Positions 49,804 through 61,751 of a stretch of DNA of 64,000 nucleotides are shown piece by piece. Every line of letters begins with the position of its first letter. Positions within the stretch are counted from its first letter, which is position 1. Origin of the DNA: Thiotrichales bacterium (GTDB taxonomy: Bacteria > Pseudomonadota > Gammaproteobacteria > GCF-002020875); assembly GCA_018658305.1 (NCBI GenBank), contig JABHVM010000040.1, positions 2,829-66,828 on the forward strand. The letters run 5' to 3'. Under the pieces are notes generated by a model. The model made no database searches and was not told the origin of the DNA. It was given only the letters and a program-made list of their open reading frames with translations. Position numbers and translations under genes: made by a program.

Positions 49804-50688
49804 ATGTCAAAACAACATCCAGTTATTGCAATTACCGGTTCATCTGGCGCTGGAACTACTACAGTAAAACGCGCTTGTGAACATATTTTTATGCGTGAAC
49901 AACTTAATGCGCTAATCGTTGAAGGTGATAGTTACCACCGCTTTGATCGTGCCGATATGAAAGCACGGGTTGAGGAAGAGGAGGTTAAGGGTAATAAAAC
50001 ATTTAGTCACTTCGGTCCAGAAGCGAACCATTTTGAACTTCTCGCCGATAACTTTGCCTCTTATGGTAAGAGTGGAGAGTGTGATCGTCGCTACTACCTA
50101 CATAGTGATGAAGAAGCTGCTGAGCACAATGCGCGCCTTAATACAGATCTAACCCCAGGACAATTTACTCCGTGGGAAAAAGTTGGAGCAGGCACTGATC
50201 TACTATTCTATGAGGGATTGCACGGTTTAGTAAATACTGATGAGGCTAAAGTTTCTCAACAAGTTGATCTTGGAATAGGTGTAGTACCAATTGTTAATCT
50301 AGAGTGGATTCAGAAGATCCATCGTGATAGCTCTGAACGCGGTTACTCTGCAGAGGTTATCGTTGACACTATCTTGCGCCGTATGCCAGATTATATTAAC
50401 TACATAACTCCTCAATTCTCTGAGACTGATATCAACTTCCAACGCATCTCTACAGTTGACACTTCAAATCCATTTATAGCTAGAGACATCCCAACACCTG
50501 ACGAGAGCTTTATTGTGATTCGCTTTAAAGACCCTAAAAAACATAATATAGATTTCTCACATCTCTTAGATATGTTGGAAGGATCTTTTATGTCTCGCCG
50601 TAACACTATTGTCACTCCAGGAGGCAAGATGGGACTGGCAATGGAAATTATTTTGGCACCTATTATTCATAATATGATGCAAAAATAG
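49804..50688 (+). CDS. prk: Phosphoribulokinase (Calvin-Benson cycle)
   Basis: MSKQHPVIAITGSSGAGTTT P-loop plus PRK/UK family blocks (EGLH, pair of arginines); true start at 49804. Confidence 0.9.
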   Translation: MSKQHPVIAITGSSGAGTTTVKRACEHIFMREQLNALIVEGDSYHRFDRADMKARVEEEEVKGNKTFSHFGPEANHFELLADNFASYGKSGECDRRYYLHSDEEAAEHNARLNTDLTPGQFTPWEKVGAGTDLLFYEGLHGLVNTDEAKVSQQVDLGIGVVPIVNLEWIQKIHRDSSERGYSAEVIVDTILRRMPDYINYITPQFSETDINFQRISTVDTSNPFIARDIPTPDESFIVIRFKDPKKHNIDFSHLLDMLEGSFMSRRNTIVTPGGKMGLAMEIILAPIIHNMMQK

Positions 50689-50707
50689 ATATTTTTTTAC
50701 CAATACT

Positions 50708-50753
50708 ATTCGTTCCCACCACTTATTTATCTATCCAGATGGTGGGAACGAAT
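50708..50753. terminator. 13-bp perfect-stem hairpin (ATTCGTTCCCACC-N20-GGTGGGAACGAAT) between convergent prk and argB
   Basis: Read directly from the sequence; the loop is unusually large and there is no clean U-tract. Confidence 0.45.
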
Positions 50754-50757
50754 GTTA

Positions 50758-51654
<897 letters not shown>

Positions 51655-53040
51655 CTAAAATGGGATATCCAAATTTGAATCTACCTTTAATAGCTCTTGC
51701 TTAAATGTCTGCTGCACTCTCTTCAACACCTCTTCACTATCAGCTTCAAAACGAAGCACCAAAACAGGGGTGGTATTAGATGGACGCACTAACCCCCAAC
51801 CATCAGGGTAGTCTACTCGTATCCCATCTATAGATATAATATCTCCACCTGCAAAACTTGCTTGCTCTTTTAATTTTTGCATAAACGCATAGTGCTCACC
51901 TTCGGCAAAGGAGATATTTAGCTCTGGGGTATTTACTGTATCTGGAAGTTCATTAAAGATCTCTGCACTCTCTCTTCCATCCTGAGCAACAATCTCAAGT
52001 AGACGAGCGGCTGTGTATAGCGCGTCATCAAAACCATACCAGCGCTCTTTGAAAAATATGTGACCACTCATCTCTCCAGCCAGCAGCGCCCCACTCTGTT
52101 TAAGCTTCTGCTTTATAAACGAGTGCCCAGTTTTCCACATAGTTGGCTTGCCACCAGCTTTGCGAATAACCTCAGGAAGGTTACGGGTACACTTTACATC
52201 AAAGATAACTTCTGATCCCGGGTTGCGAGAGAGAATATCTTGCGCATAGAGCATCATCTGACGATCTGCAAAGATAAGATTTCCTGCTGAATCAATAACT
52301 CCAAGACGATCTCCATCTCCGTCAAACGCTAGCCCTAGATCTGCTTTAAGATCCAAAACCATCTCTTTAAGCTCAACCACATTCTCTGGTTTACTTGGGT
52401 CTGGATGGTGGTTTGGAAAGGTTCCATCAACATCGCAATAGAGCTCTGTAACTTCACAGCCGAGCTTGCGCAGCAACTCTGGAGCTACTCCACCTGCTAC
52501 GCCATTACCGCAATCTACAACTAGCTTGAGCGGTTTCTCTATCTGCATATCTGTGATAATACGCTCCATATAGTCTTGAGTGATATCTACTTTACGCAGC
52601 GACCCTTCCCCCTCTAATAGATCATTCTCCACAATACGACGACGCAGATCTACGATAGCATCGGCAGAGAGTGTCTCTCCAGCAGCCACTACTTTAAGAC
52701 CGTTATACTCTGGCGGATTGTGGCTTCCCGTAACTGCCACACAGGATCCAGCATCAAGGTGTACTGCGGCAAAGTAGATCATTGGAGTTGGAGCCTGCCC
52801 TATATCTATAACCTCCATCCCTGAACTCTGGAGACCTCTCATCAAAGCATTTTGCAACATTGGTCCAGAGAGTCTTCCATCTCTACCTACAACTATAGTT
52901 TTAACTCCTCTAGCTTGACTCTCACTCCCAACTGCGCGCCCAACTTGTTCAACCACATCCTCAGTTAATGCATCAGCAACCACTCCTCGAATATCGTAGG
53001 CCCTAAAAATTGACTCTGGAATTTTGCTATCTATACTCAT
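51655..53040 (-). CDS. algC: Phosphomannomutase/phosphoglucomutase
   Basis: Active-site TGSHNPPEYNG and GGEMSGH motifs; 461 aa. Confidence 0.9.
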   Translation of the reverse strand: MSIDSKIPESIFRAYDIRGVVADALTEDVVEQVGRAVGSESQARGVKTIVVGRDGRLSGPMLQNALMRGLQSSGMEVIDIGQAPTPMIYFAAVHLDAGSCVAVTGSHNPPEYNGLKVVAAGETLSADAIVDLRRRIVENDLLEGEGSLRKVDITQDYMERIITDMQIEKPLKLVVDCGNGVAGGVAPELLRKLGCEVTELYCDVDGTFPNHHPDPSKPENVVELKEMVLDLKADLGLAFDGDGDRLGVIDSAGNLIFADRQMMLYAQDILSRNPGSEVIFDVKCTRNLPEVIRKAGGKPTMWKTGHSFIKQKLKQSGALLAGEMSGHIFFKERWYGFDDALYTAARLLEIVAQDGRESAEIFNELPDTVNTPELNISFAEGEHYAFMQKLKEQASFAGGDIISIDGIRVDYPDGWGLVRPSNTTPVLVLRFEADSEEVLKRVQQTFKQELLKVDSNLDIPF

Positions 53041-53043
53041 AAT

Positions 53044-53499
53044 TTATTTTTTCCCTGTATGTCCAAAACCGCCTTCGCCTCGTTCAGATTCAGTGAACTC
53101 ATCTACCACATTAAATCCAACCTCTACTATAGGTACAAAAACCATCTGCGCAATACGCTCACCTGGCTCTATAATAAATGGTGTTGAGCCTCTATTCCAA
53201 CAAGACACAAAGATCTGCCCTTGATAATCAGAGTCTATTAACCCCACCAAGTTTCCTAAAACTATACCGTGCTTATGTCCTAAACCTGAACGAGGTAATA
53301 GAGTAGCCGCTATCCCTCTATCCTCCATATGAATAGCTATTCCAGTTGGAATAAGTTCAGTCTCTCCTGGAGTTAGCTCTATAGAACTGTCGATACATGC
53401 TCTTAAATCCATACCTGCTGAACCGGCCGTTGCATAATGAGGTAGAGGATACTCTCCACCTATTCTTTTATCTAATATTTTCAACTCTACACTTTTCAT
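53044..53499 (-). CDS. dut: dUTP diphosphatase
   Basis: 151 aa; [10 protein letters not shown] and RSGLG motifs. Confidence 0.95.
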   Translation of the reverse strand: MKSVELKILDKRIGGEYPLPHYATAGSAGMDLRACIDSSIELTPGETELIPTGIAIHMEDRGIAATLLPRSGLGHKHGIVLGNLVGLIDSDYQGQIFVSCWNRGSTPFIIEPGERIAQMVFVPIVEVGFNVVDEFTESERGEGGFGHTGKK

Positions 53500-54752
53500 T
53501 TTTTCTCCAACTCCTCTTTCTGTTCTCTTACTCTTAATCCAATAAACTCGATTAGCTGCCGTGCAATATCAGTTTTACTACTGCGTTTTAATAACTTCTC
53601 ACCACCATCCCAATATAGAGTAACCTCATTCTCATCACTTCCGAATGGTGAATCTTCCCCTCCCACCAGATTAGCTGCAACTATATCGACCCCTTTAGAT
53701 CTACGCTTACCCTCTCCATTTGTAGCTAAATTTTCTGTTTCAGCAGCAAACCCTACACTATATGGAGAATTTTTACGGGCAGCAACTTCTGCTAATATAT
53801 CTCTATTTTTCACCAACTCTATAGTCATGGTATCCGCAGATTTTTTAATCTTATGTTGCTTATACTTAGCTGGCCTATAGTCTGCAACTGCAGCAGTTCC
53901 AATAAATAGAGTGGCATTCTCTATAACCTCTTCAACTGCACTCATCATCTGCTCTGCGCTCTCCACTACAACACGCTTTACAAAATCGGGGGTATCAAGG
54001 GCACAATCTCCTGCAATTAGGGTAACTTTAGCCCCTGCATCTACAGCGGCTTGGGCAATAGCAAAACCCATTTTACCAGAACTGCGGTTACTTATAAAAC
54101 GGACTGGATCAAGAGGTTCTCTAGTAGCGCCAGCAGTAATTACAAGTGACTCCCCTTGCAGAGCTCCTGTGCTAAATTTAGCTGAAACTTCCTCTACTAT
54201 CTGGTCCGGCTCTACCATTCTACCTAAACCAACATCTCCACACGCCTGCTCACCAGAAGCAGGACCAACTATTCTAACTCCCCTCTCCGTTAGCTTAGAT
54301 ATATTCTGTTGGGTGGCACTATTACTCCACATCTCCATATTCATTGCGGGGGCAAAAAGCTTAGGAGCTCTAGAGGCAAGTAGAACTGCAGCCAACAGAT
54401 CATCTGCTCGCCCAGCAGTATGCCGTGAGAGCAGATCTGCAGTCGCAGGAGCAACCAAAATCAGATCTGCCCACCGCGCAAGTTCGATATGCCCCATACC
54501 TGTAACTGTATCTTCACCGGTAGCAACACCTAATTCAGACTCTAAATCGATTAACTTAGTATGCACAGGATTAGCTGAAAGTGCTTGAAAAGTTAACTCA
54601 CCAACAAACTGTTGTGCTGCAGCTGTCATTACCACCCTAACCTCAGCCCCCTTTTTAACCAACAGGCGTACTAGTTCTGCACTCTTATATGCAGCAATAC
54701 CACCACACACTCCAAGTAGAATACGACGATTTTGTAAGGTTATATCACTCAT
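53496..54752 (-). CDS. coaBC: Bifunctional phosphopantothenoylcysteine decarboxylase / phosphopantothenate-cysteine ligase
   Basis: [13 protein letters not shown] flavoprotein N-terminus plus the CoaB domain; 418 aa. Confidence 0.95.
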   Translation of the reverse strand: MSDITLQNRRILLGVCGGIAAYKSAELVRLLVKKGAEVRVVMTAAAQQFVGELTFQALSANPVHTKLIDLESELGVATGEDTVTGMGHIELARWADLILVAPATADLLSRHTAGRADDLLAAVLLASRAPKLFAPAMNMEMWSNSATQQNISKLTERGVRIVGPASGEQACGDVGLGRMVEPDQIVEEVSAKFSTGALQGESLVITAGATREPLDPVRFISNRSSGKMGFAIAQAAVDAGAKVTLIAGDCALDTPDFVKRVVVESAEQMMSAVEEVIENATLFIGTAAVADYRPAKYKQHKIKKSADTMTIELVKNRDILAEVAARKNSPYSVGFAAETENLATNGEGKRRSKGVDIVAANLVGGEDSPFGSDENEVTLYWDGGEKLLKRSSKTDIARQLIEFIGLRVREQKEELEKK

Positions 54753-54924
54753 AAGATGGCTATCTTATCACTTGATGAATTTAGGGATCAAATTTATTAA
54801 AGTTGAAGTGACACCCATAAACAGGTAACAACTATTAAGAGCCTATATATAGATCCTAAGAATATCGTAGAGAAAATACCAAACTAGGAAGATAATCTAG
54901 ACAGATTGAAGCTAACCAACACAA

Positions 54925-55617
54925 TTGGAATTTAATATAGTGGCAATTACTGACTGGCCAGCAAGTGAACGACCCAGAGAAAAGCTGATAGAGAAAGGGG
55001 CTTCAGCTCTCTCAGATGCAGAGCTGTTAGCTATTTTCCTGCGTACAGGAGTTAAGGGGAAGAGTGCTGTTGACCTTGCTCGTGATCTGCTCATTACATT
55101 TGGCGGATTACGCCAACTACTAGAGTCAACTCATATAGAGTTCTGTTCTGCTCATGGATTAGGGGATGCTAAATATGCTCAACTTCAAGCCGTATTAGAG
55201 ATGTCATCACGCCATCTTAAAGCTCAACTATACAGAGAGGATGTAATGAAAAGTCCTCAACTCACTAGAAGTTATCTCAGTAGCAAACTGCGCAGTTACA
55301 ATTATGAAGTTTTTGGAGCACTGTTTTTAGATAATCAACATCGCATAATTTCTTTTAAAGAGCTCTTTACTGGAACCATTGATAGCTCCAGCGTTCATCC
55401 TCGCGAAGTTGTACAGAGCGCGCTTATTCATAATGCAGCTGCTGTAATATTTGCCCACAACCATCCTTCTGGAATAGCTGAACCTAGTGCGGCTGATCGT
55501 AATATAACTTCTCGCCTTAGCGATGCTTTGGCTCTAATTGATATCCGCGTACTTGACCATATTATTGTTGGGGATAGTGATAACACAACTTCTTTCTCTG
55601 AACTTGGTCTTATCTAG
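54925..55617 (+). CDS. radC: RadC-family JAB-domain protein (UPF0758)
   Basis: HNHPSG JAMM motif; helix-hairpin-helix N-domain. Confidence 0.85.
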   Translation: MEFNIVAITDWPASERPREKLIEKGASALSDAELLAIFLRTGVKGKSAVDLARDLLITFGGLRQLLESTHIEFCSAHGLGDAKYAQLQAVLEMSSRHLKAQLYREDVMKSPQLTRSYLSSKLRSYNYEVFGALFLDNQHRIISFKELFTGTIDSSSVHPREVVQSALIHNAAAVIFAHNHPSGIAEPSAADRNITSRLSDALALIDIRVLDHIIVGDSDNTTSFSELGLI

Positions 55618-55620
55618 TGC

Positions 55621-56199
55621 ATGATATATTTTAAAAACATATCTCATGAATTCGGTTTTACCATAACAGAAATTTTGATAACTCTTGCTCTGCTTGCAAC
55701 TCTTATGGCTCAACTCACTCCAGACCTCTCCACTATGCTTCAACAGAGTCAACTAAAAAGTGCTGCTGTTGAGTTCAGCCAAGCACTCCAACTCACTCGC
55801 AATGAAGCTATTAAACGGAATATGAAAGTTACCATCTGTAAAAGTAGTAGCGGTTCACAGTGTAAGAGCAGCGTAAATTGGGAAGACGGATGGATCATCT
55901 TTGAAAATTTAGATGGTGATAGTAGGGTTGACTCTAACGATACAATATTCGCACAACATAACGCACTACCAGTTGGGATCACTTTGCGGGGAGGTCATAA
56001 CTTCAAAAATAGAGTTACCTATAAAGCCACCGGAGACTCGACCAGCTTTAGCAGCTTAATCTTTTGCAATAATAGCGAACTTGCTGGATCACAAATTATA
56101 TACATCAATAGCACCGGAAGAATTCGAATCGCTGAAGATAGTGATGGCGATGGTATCCCAGAGAATAGTGATGGTGCCAATATCAGCAGTTGTGGATAG
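55621..56199 (+). CDS. Type IV pilus minor pilin, FimT/GspH-like
   Basis: Prepilin leader ending in G followed by FTITEILITLALLA (E at +5); GspH-like body. Confidence 0.75.
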   Translation: MIYFKNISHEFGFTITEILITLALLATLMAQLTPDLSTMLQQSQLKSAAVEFSQALQLTRNEAIKRNMKVTICKSSSGSQCKSSVNWEDGWIIFENLDGDSRVDSNDTIFAQHNALPVGITLRGGHNFKNRVTYKATGDSTSFSSLIFCNNSELAGSQIIYINSTGRIRIAEDSDGDGIPENSDGANISSCG

Positions 56200-56203
56200 A
56201 GGA

Positions 56204-56605
56204 GTGAGTATATTCAGAGATAGCGATGGGTTCTCATTGATAGAGCTTCTGATAGCACTATCAATTATTGCAGTAGTAGCTGCCATGGTGATGCCATCAT
56301 ACAGTGAACAGTTGATACAAGTTAGACGCAGTGACGGTACGACTGCACTTACCACTTTTTCCCAGCGAGTAGAACGACATTTCCTTGAAAACGGCAGTTA
56401 TAGCTCTGCAACCACAGATCTTTATAAAGCTCTGTCTGAGAGTGGTCACTATACGCTATCAATTACTACTACTGCCTCAAGTTACGCTCTAACAGCAACT
56501 CCGACCTCTAGCCACTCTGGAGACTCGTTGTGCGGAACCCTAACTCTTAATAATTTAGGGGTAAGAGGAAGTGGTGGTAGTGGTGCGGTCACTGAGTGCT
56601 GGTAA
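56204..56605 (+). CDS. Type IV pilin, PilE/FimU-like
   Basis: G|FSLIELLIALSIIAVVAAMVMPSY class III signal; C-terminal disulfide cysteines. Start assigned to the in-frame GTG at 56204 just after the fimT-like stop, which is uncertain. Confidence 0.7.
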   Translation: MSIFRDSDGFSLIELLIALSIIAVVAAMVMPSYSEQLIQVRRSDGTTALTTFSQRVERHFLENGSYSSATTDLYKALSESGHYTLSITTTASSYALTATPTSSHSGDSLCGTLTLNNLGVRGSGGSGAVTECW

Positions 56606-56634
56606 TACTAACGCAACGCAACTCAATAATTAAC

Positions 56635-57570
56635 TCAACGCAACTCTTCGGGGAGTGGAAAGAATACAGACTCTATTTCACCACTCACTTTGCCGTTCCA
56701 TTCACCCCCAAACTCCATAAGTCTCTCCATCACACCTTCCACCAAATTCTCTGGCGCAGAGGCGCCGGCAGTAACTCCTACTGACTCCACCCCACTGAAC
56801 CACTCACTCTTAAGCTCTTGCGCATGATCAATTAAATATGCTGCCACCCCAAGCTCCTCTGCTATCTCGCGCAACCTATTTGAGTTAGAGCTATTGGATG
56901 AACCCACAACCAACACCACCTTACAATTTTCAGCAAGGAGTTTAACTGCATTCTGTCTATTCTGAGTCGCATAACAGATGTCATCTTTCTTAACTCTCCG
57001 AAGAGCTGGGAAGCGCTCTTTAAGTGCGCTCACCACTTCCGCCGCGTCATCCATTGAGAGGGTAGTCTGGGTTGCATAAGAGATACTCTCGGTTAATTCA
57101 ATTTTGAGATCACCAACTTCCTCAACATTCTCAACTAGGTAAATATCACCTCCTTTACTATCTGTAGGATATCGCCCTAGCGTCCCCTCCACTTCTGGAT
57201 GACCTGCATGCCCTATCAGCACTACATCTCTACCTGCTCCACCATCCCGTGCGACCTGCTTATGCACCTTAGTTACTAACGGACAAGTTGCATCAAATAC
57301 AGTTAAATTTCGTGTTGCTGCATTCTGTTCTACTTTTTCTGAAACTCCGTGTGCACTAAAAATGACTTTAGCTCCAGCGGGGACTTCATCTAACTCCTGC
57401 ACAAAAATTGCGCCTAATTTGCGCAGACGCTCCACTACATAGCGATTATGTACAACTTCATGGCGCACAAAAATAGGTGCTCCAAATAGTTCTAAAGCTC
57501 TCTCTACAATTGTAATAGCACGCTCTACCCCAGCACAAAATCCTCTTGGTTGTGCTAACTCAATCTTCAA
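56635..57570 (-). CDS. ispH: 4-hydroxy-3-methylbut-2-enyl diphosphate reductase
   Basis: [15 protein letters not shown]-terminus; the likely start is the TTG at 57570 ([14 protein letters not shown]), whereas the listed ORF extends to 57591. Confidence 0.9.
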   Translation of the reverse strand: MKIELAQPRGFCAGVERAITIVERALELFGAPIFVRHEVVHNRYVVERLRKLGAIFVQELDEVPAGAKVIFSAHGVSEKVEQNAATRNLTVFDATCPLVTKVHKQVARDGGAGRDVVLIGHAGHPEVEGTLGRYPTDSKGGDIYLVENVEEVGDLKIELTESISYATQTTLSMDDAAEVVSALKERFPALRRVKKDDICYATQNRQNAVKLLAENCKVVLVVGSSNSSNSNRLREIAEELGVAAYLIDHAQELKSEWFSGVESVGVTAGASAPENLVEGVMERLMEFGGEWNGKVSGEIESVFFPLPEELR

Positions 57571-58009
57571 TGGATATAACCTTAACTTCAAACTTTAGAT
57601 CTCGTCCTGCTAAAGGGTGGTTAAAATCTACCATAACTTCACTACCCTCAACTGATACTATAGTTGCAGGAACTTCATCACCTGCTGGTGACTCAAAGTA
57701 GATCACTACCCCTGCCGCTATCTCTGCCGTATCCTCAAACTGCTGTTCAAAAGTATCCATTGGAATTGAGTGAATCTGTGTAGAGTCAACCGCACCAAAA
57801 CCGTACTCTGCCGCAATAATAAAGCTCTCTTCAGCTTCTACGCTCAACCCTAATATTAGCTCTTCCAAAGCAGGAAAGAGTGCCCCATCACCAACTGTAA
57901 ATATAAATGGGTCTTGCACCGTAGATGAGTCCACCTCACTATCATCAGTAAGAGCTAGACGATGAACTATAGATACTTTAGATCCAATTTTTATTATCTG
58001 ATTTTCCAT
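57560..58009 (-). CDS. fkpB: FKBP-type peptidyl-prolyl cis-trans isomerase
   Basis: 149 aa; FKBP fold with an IF-insert domain; the usual fkpB-ispH pairing. Confidence 0.8.
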   Translation of the reverse strand: MENQIIKIGSKVSIVHRLALTDDSEVDSSTVQDPFIFTVGDGALFPALEELILGLSVEAEESFIIAAEYGFGAVDSTQIHSIPMDTFEQQFEDTAEIAAGVVIYFESPAGDEVPATIVSVEGSEVMVDFNHPLAGRDLKFEVKVISIED

Positions 58010-58030
58010 TAGCGTAGTATACTCCTGTTT

Positions 58031-59227
58031 ATGGTTAATTATTATTGGCGTGGAACTGACTTAACTGGAAAAGTACTTCAGGGGTATAGTTCTGCACCTA
58101 ATCTAACAAAAATTAAAGAGACTCTACGCCAACGCGGGGTAGATCGAGTTCGTCTATTTAAAATGCCGAACATTCAAGCTATAACCGCAAGATCTATCCC
58201 TGCATCTCAGATCACTCTCTTTATTCGGCAACTATCCACTCTACTCTCGTCAGGATTAAATCTTGCTCGTGCACTTGAAGGTATTATTAGTGGAATATCT
58301 AATCCACAACTTAAAAAAATGGCAGAAGAGATTCTCTTAGAACTTCAAAACGGAGATAGTTTCTCCAAAATTTTAGCACGCCGTGATAACTACTTTGATA
58401 ACTTCATAATCCACCTCATTAGTTCTGGTGAAAGTAGTGGAAACCTTGCGCTGTTACTGGAGAGGGCTGCAGAGCATAGAGAAAAAAATAGATTGCTCCA
58501 GCAGAAACTATGGAAAGCACTATCATATCCATTAGGAGTGTTTGTTTTTACATTGATGATTTCACTTTTTCTATTGCTGCAGGTAGTTCCTCAATTTGAG
58601 ATTCTATTCCACAATCTTGGAGGTGAACTTCCTCCGCTTACCAAAAAAATATTAGACCTTACCCATTTTCTAAAAGAGTATCTTTTTGAACTCCTAGCTA
58701 TTGTCGCAGCTACCGTCGTTACAGCAGTCGCTCTATACAGAACTAATCTTAGAGTCAAAACTATTACAGACCGTATACTACTCTCTCTCCCAATATCTGG
58801 AAGTAGTATTAAAGAGGTGACTATATCAAGACTCAGCCGCACTCTATCTACACTCCAAGAGGCGGCTATTCCCCTCCACATTGGACTTGCTACTGCTGCC
58901 AAGATGACTAGCAATACCCCTCTGCAAAACGCTATTAAAAATATCCACGCTTCAGTAATAAAGGGGATATCTCTCTCTAATGCCATTGCTGATGAAACTC
59001 TTTTTCCACCAATTGCGGTGCAGATGGTTAGAGCTGGAGAGGAGAGTGGCGATCTTCCTTTAATGCTTGCTCATCTTGCCAACTACTATGAGAAGGAGGT
59101 TGAGCAGCGCATCTCTCAGCTAACAACACTTATTGAACCACTTCTAATTCTGCTTATTGGTGGAATGGTTGGAGTGCTAGCTATTGCACTCTATCAACCA
59201 ATTTTTCAGATTGGACACCACATATGA
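58031..59227 (+). CDS. pilC: Type IV pilus inner-membrane platform protein PilC (GspF family)
   Basis: 398 aa; duplicated GspF domains; followed by pilD and coaE as in Pseudomonas. Confidence 0.85.
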   Translation: MVNYYWRGTDLTGKVLQGYSSAPNLTKIKETLRQRGVDRVRLFKMPNIQAITARSIPASQITLFIRQLSTLLSSGLNLARALEGIISGISNPQLKKMAEEILLELQNGDSFSKILARRDNYFDNFIIHLISSGESSGNLALLLERAAEHREKNRLLQQKLWKALSYPLGVFVFTLMISLFLLLQVVPQFEILFHNLGGELPPLTKKILDLTHFLKEYLFELLAIVAATVVTAVALYRTNLRVKTITDRILLSLPISGSSIKEVTISRLSRTLSTLQEAAIPLHIGLATAAKMTSNTPLQNAIKNIHASVIKGISLSNAIADETLFPPIAVQMVRAGEESGDLPLMLAHLANYYEKEVEQRISQLTTLIEPLLILLIGGMVGVLAIALYQPIFQIGHHI

Positions 59228-60129
59228 CAAGTTTAAATATAGAGCAACTTCCAATTAATTACCTATTTTTTATAGCTGGAATATTTGGTGCAGTTGCTGG
59301 CAGCTTCATCAGTATGCTAGTTCATCGACTCCCCAACATACTACAGCGTCAATGGAATGATGAGTGTCGCGCCTATCTTACTGAGCAAAATAAGAACAAA
59401 GATTATAGTACAGCAAGTAGTGTCGATGAACCTCCTCCTGAATCACTTGCCTTCCCCAACTCATACTGTCCTCACTGCAATAGCCCCCTACGCCTCATAG
59501 ATAATATCCCAATTTTCGGTTTTTTAATAAACAGGGGCAGATGCCACAACTGCAGCAACACTATACACTGGCGCTATCTTGCTATAGAGCTACTAGGAGT
59601 ATGTGTTGCAATCTTATCTATACTAACCTTTGGAGTAGATATATCTGCAGTTGCAGCGATGCTATTCGGTTGGACACTACTAGCGCTACTATTTATTGAC
59701 CTAGAGCACCAACTACTCCCAGACTCACTAACTCAACTCCTTCTATGGGGTGGCTTACTCATAAACAGTAAAGCTATCTTCACCACACTCAACAGCTCTC
59801 TCTGGGGTGCCGTACTTGGTTACCTATCACTCTGGTTAATACTTCATATCTATCGAATCATAACTGGGCGCGACGGTATGGGTTACGGTGATCTAAAACT
59901 ACTCGCAGCTCTCGGGGCATGGTGTGGATGGGAGATGCTCCCACAAATAATACTTATTGCATCAATAACAGGTATATTAATCAGTATTCCAGCACTGTTA
60001 CGAAGTAATAAGGCTCTCACTAGCGCCATTCCATTTGGACCATTTCTCGCTATAGGTGGTTGGAGCGCACTACTCTGGGGGGAATCTATAAACAATATAT
60101 TTGCTGCGATAGGAAGAGTATTCTTATGA
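59224..60129 (+). CDS. pilD: Prepilin peptidase / N-methyltransferase (A24 family)
   Basis: Tetracysteine motif (CPHC...CHNC) and the catalytic-aspartate membrane domain; ATGA overlap with pilC. Confidence 0.9.
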   Translation: MTSLNIEQLPINYLFFIAGIFGAVAGSFISMLVHRLPNILQRQWNDECRAYLTEQNKNKDYSTASSVDEPPPESLAFPNSYCPHCNSPLRLIDNIPIFGFLINRGRCHNCSNTIHWRYLAIELLGVCVAILSILTFGVDISAVAAMLFGWTLLALLFIDLEHQLLPDSLTQLLLWGGLLINSKAIFTTLNSSLWGAVLGYLSLWLILHIYRIITGRDGMGYGDLKLLAALGAWCGWEMLPQIILIASITGILISIPALLRSNKALTSAIPFGPFLAIGGWSALLWGESINNIFAAIGRVFL

Positions 60130-60740
60130 ATAGAAAACCGATTCCAAAAATTGGATTAACTGGAGGAGTTGGTTGTGGCAAAAGTAGTATCGCAGAAATA
60201 TTTTCTGAGCACGGAGCAGTAATAGTTGATGCTGACATTGCAGCACGAGAAGCTGTGACCGTTGGAAGCCGAGGACTAGAGCGACTAAAAGAGATATTTG
60301 GAACGCAAATTATAAACAGCAGTGGAGAGCTTAATAGAGATAAACTCAGAGATATAATCTTCTCTAACTCAGAGCATAGAGAGGAGGTTGAGAATATCCT
60401 TCACCCTATTATTAACCAGATAATAGAAAAAAAAATAGTAGCAATAGAGTCAGCTAAACAGCAGGCTCCTTATATTTTATTAGTAATTCCTCTCTTATAT
60501 GAGAAGAGAGAGAGCTACCAATTAGATCGAGTATTGGTTGTAGATCTTCCTCAAGAGATCCAGATTGAGAGAGTGATGCAACGCGACAATATAAGTATAG
60601 ACAAAGTAAAAAAAATAATTAAAGCTCAAAGCAAAGCAGAGCAGAGACTATCAATGGCTGACGACATACTCACTAACATTAACTCAAATGATATGAAAAA
60701 AGAGGTAAAGAGGTTACATCAAAAGTATTTAACTTTGTAA
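60126..60740 (+). CDS. coaE: Dephospho-CoA kinase
   Basis: IGLTGGVGCGKSS P-loop; ATGA overlap with pilD; the listed ORF start at 60060 is upstream of the true start. Confidence 0.9.
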   Translation: MNRKPIPKIGLTGGVGCGKSSIAEIFSEHGAVIVDADIAAREAVTVGSRGLERLKEIFGTQIINSSGELNRDKLRDIIFSNSEHREEVENILHPIINQIIEKKIVAIESAKQQAPYILLVIPLLYEKRESYQLDRVLVVDLPQEIQIERVMQRDNISIDKVKKIIKAQSKAEQRLSMADDILTNINSNDMKKEVKRLHQKYLTL

Positions 60741-60873
60741 TGCACGGATACAGTTACGGTAGTACATATAGATTATGCTAATAGTATCTATTCACCTCAT
60801 CGTGCGCAATTTTCCATATTCATAGTCAAAAACGGTATACTTTTTAAATTATAATATTAACTCTTGGAAATCT

Positions 60874-61611
60874 ATGGACTTAAAACTTAAAAATAGACGG
60901 GCACTGGTACTAGCCTCATCTGATGGTCTTGGTAAAGCTGTGGCAGCGGAACTTATTGCTGAGGGGGCTAATGTAATTATTAGCTCTCGAAATATAGAGA
61001 AGCTTGAAATAACTGCAACTGAAATTGGTGTGCATAGTTTTATAAAGTGTGACCTCAGTGATGCTAGTTCGATAGAACCACTCATTGTTGAGGCAGCAGA
61101 AGCATTAGGAGGACTCGATATCTTAGTAACTAATGCTGGGGGACCTCCTGCTGGCACTTTTGCTGACCTAACAGACCAACAGTGGTACGATGCATTCCAA
61201 ACACTTTTTATGTCTGTAACTCAGTCGATTAGAGCTGCCCGCCCCATTATGGCAGAACAGCAGTGGGGTCGAATTGTAATGATCACCTCAGTGGCAGGAA
61301 AAGAATCAGTTCATAATCTAACCCTCTCTAACTCACTGCGTGCGGGTTTGCACGGCTTAATGAATACCTTAAGTAAAGAGCTCGGTGCAGAGGGGATCAC
61401 GGTCAATGCGGTTCTTCCAACTTATACAGAGACCGAACGCTTGAAACAGTTAAAGGTTGATCGTGCAGCACTCACAAAACAGATTCCTGCTGGACGATTA
61501 GGTCAGCCTGAAGAGCTGGCTAAACTAGTTACTTATCTCTGCTCTGATATGGCCGGTTTTATCAGTGGACAGGCAGTTGGATTTGATGGCGGTAGTATGC
61601 AATCGGTTTAG
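60874..61611 (+). CDS. Short-chain dehydrogenase/reductase (SDR) family oxidoreductase
   Basis: Rossmann motif LVLASSDGLGKAVA; NAG and YxxxK-like catalytic regions. Confidence 0.75.
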   Translation: MDLKLKNRRALVLASSDGLGKAVAAELIAEGANVIISSRNIEKLEITATEIGVHSFIKCDLSDASSIEPLIVEAAEALGGLDILVTNAGGPPAGTFADLTDQQWYDAFQTLFMSVTQSIRAARPIMAEQQWGRIVMITSVAGKESVHNLTLSNSLRAGLHGLMNTLSKELGAEGITVNAVLPTYTETERLKQLKVDRAALTKQIPAGRLGQPEELAKLVTYLCSDMAGFISGQAVGFDGGSMQSV

Positions 61612-61751
61612 ACTATATTTACATATTAGCAGCGCTACTAGTTATTTTGAGCGTTAAAATACTATCCTCTACTCTAAGATAACTACAATGTAAAACCTTA
61701 AAAATATGTGAAGTTAAGTATGTACTTTAAAGTTGAGTCCGTATTATTAAG

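Noticed and set aside
53911-54588. 225-aa forward ORF inside coaBC
   Set aside because: Antisense shadow ORF of the GC-richer coaBC gene; Ala/Ser/Pro-rich low-complexity product.
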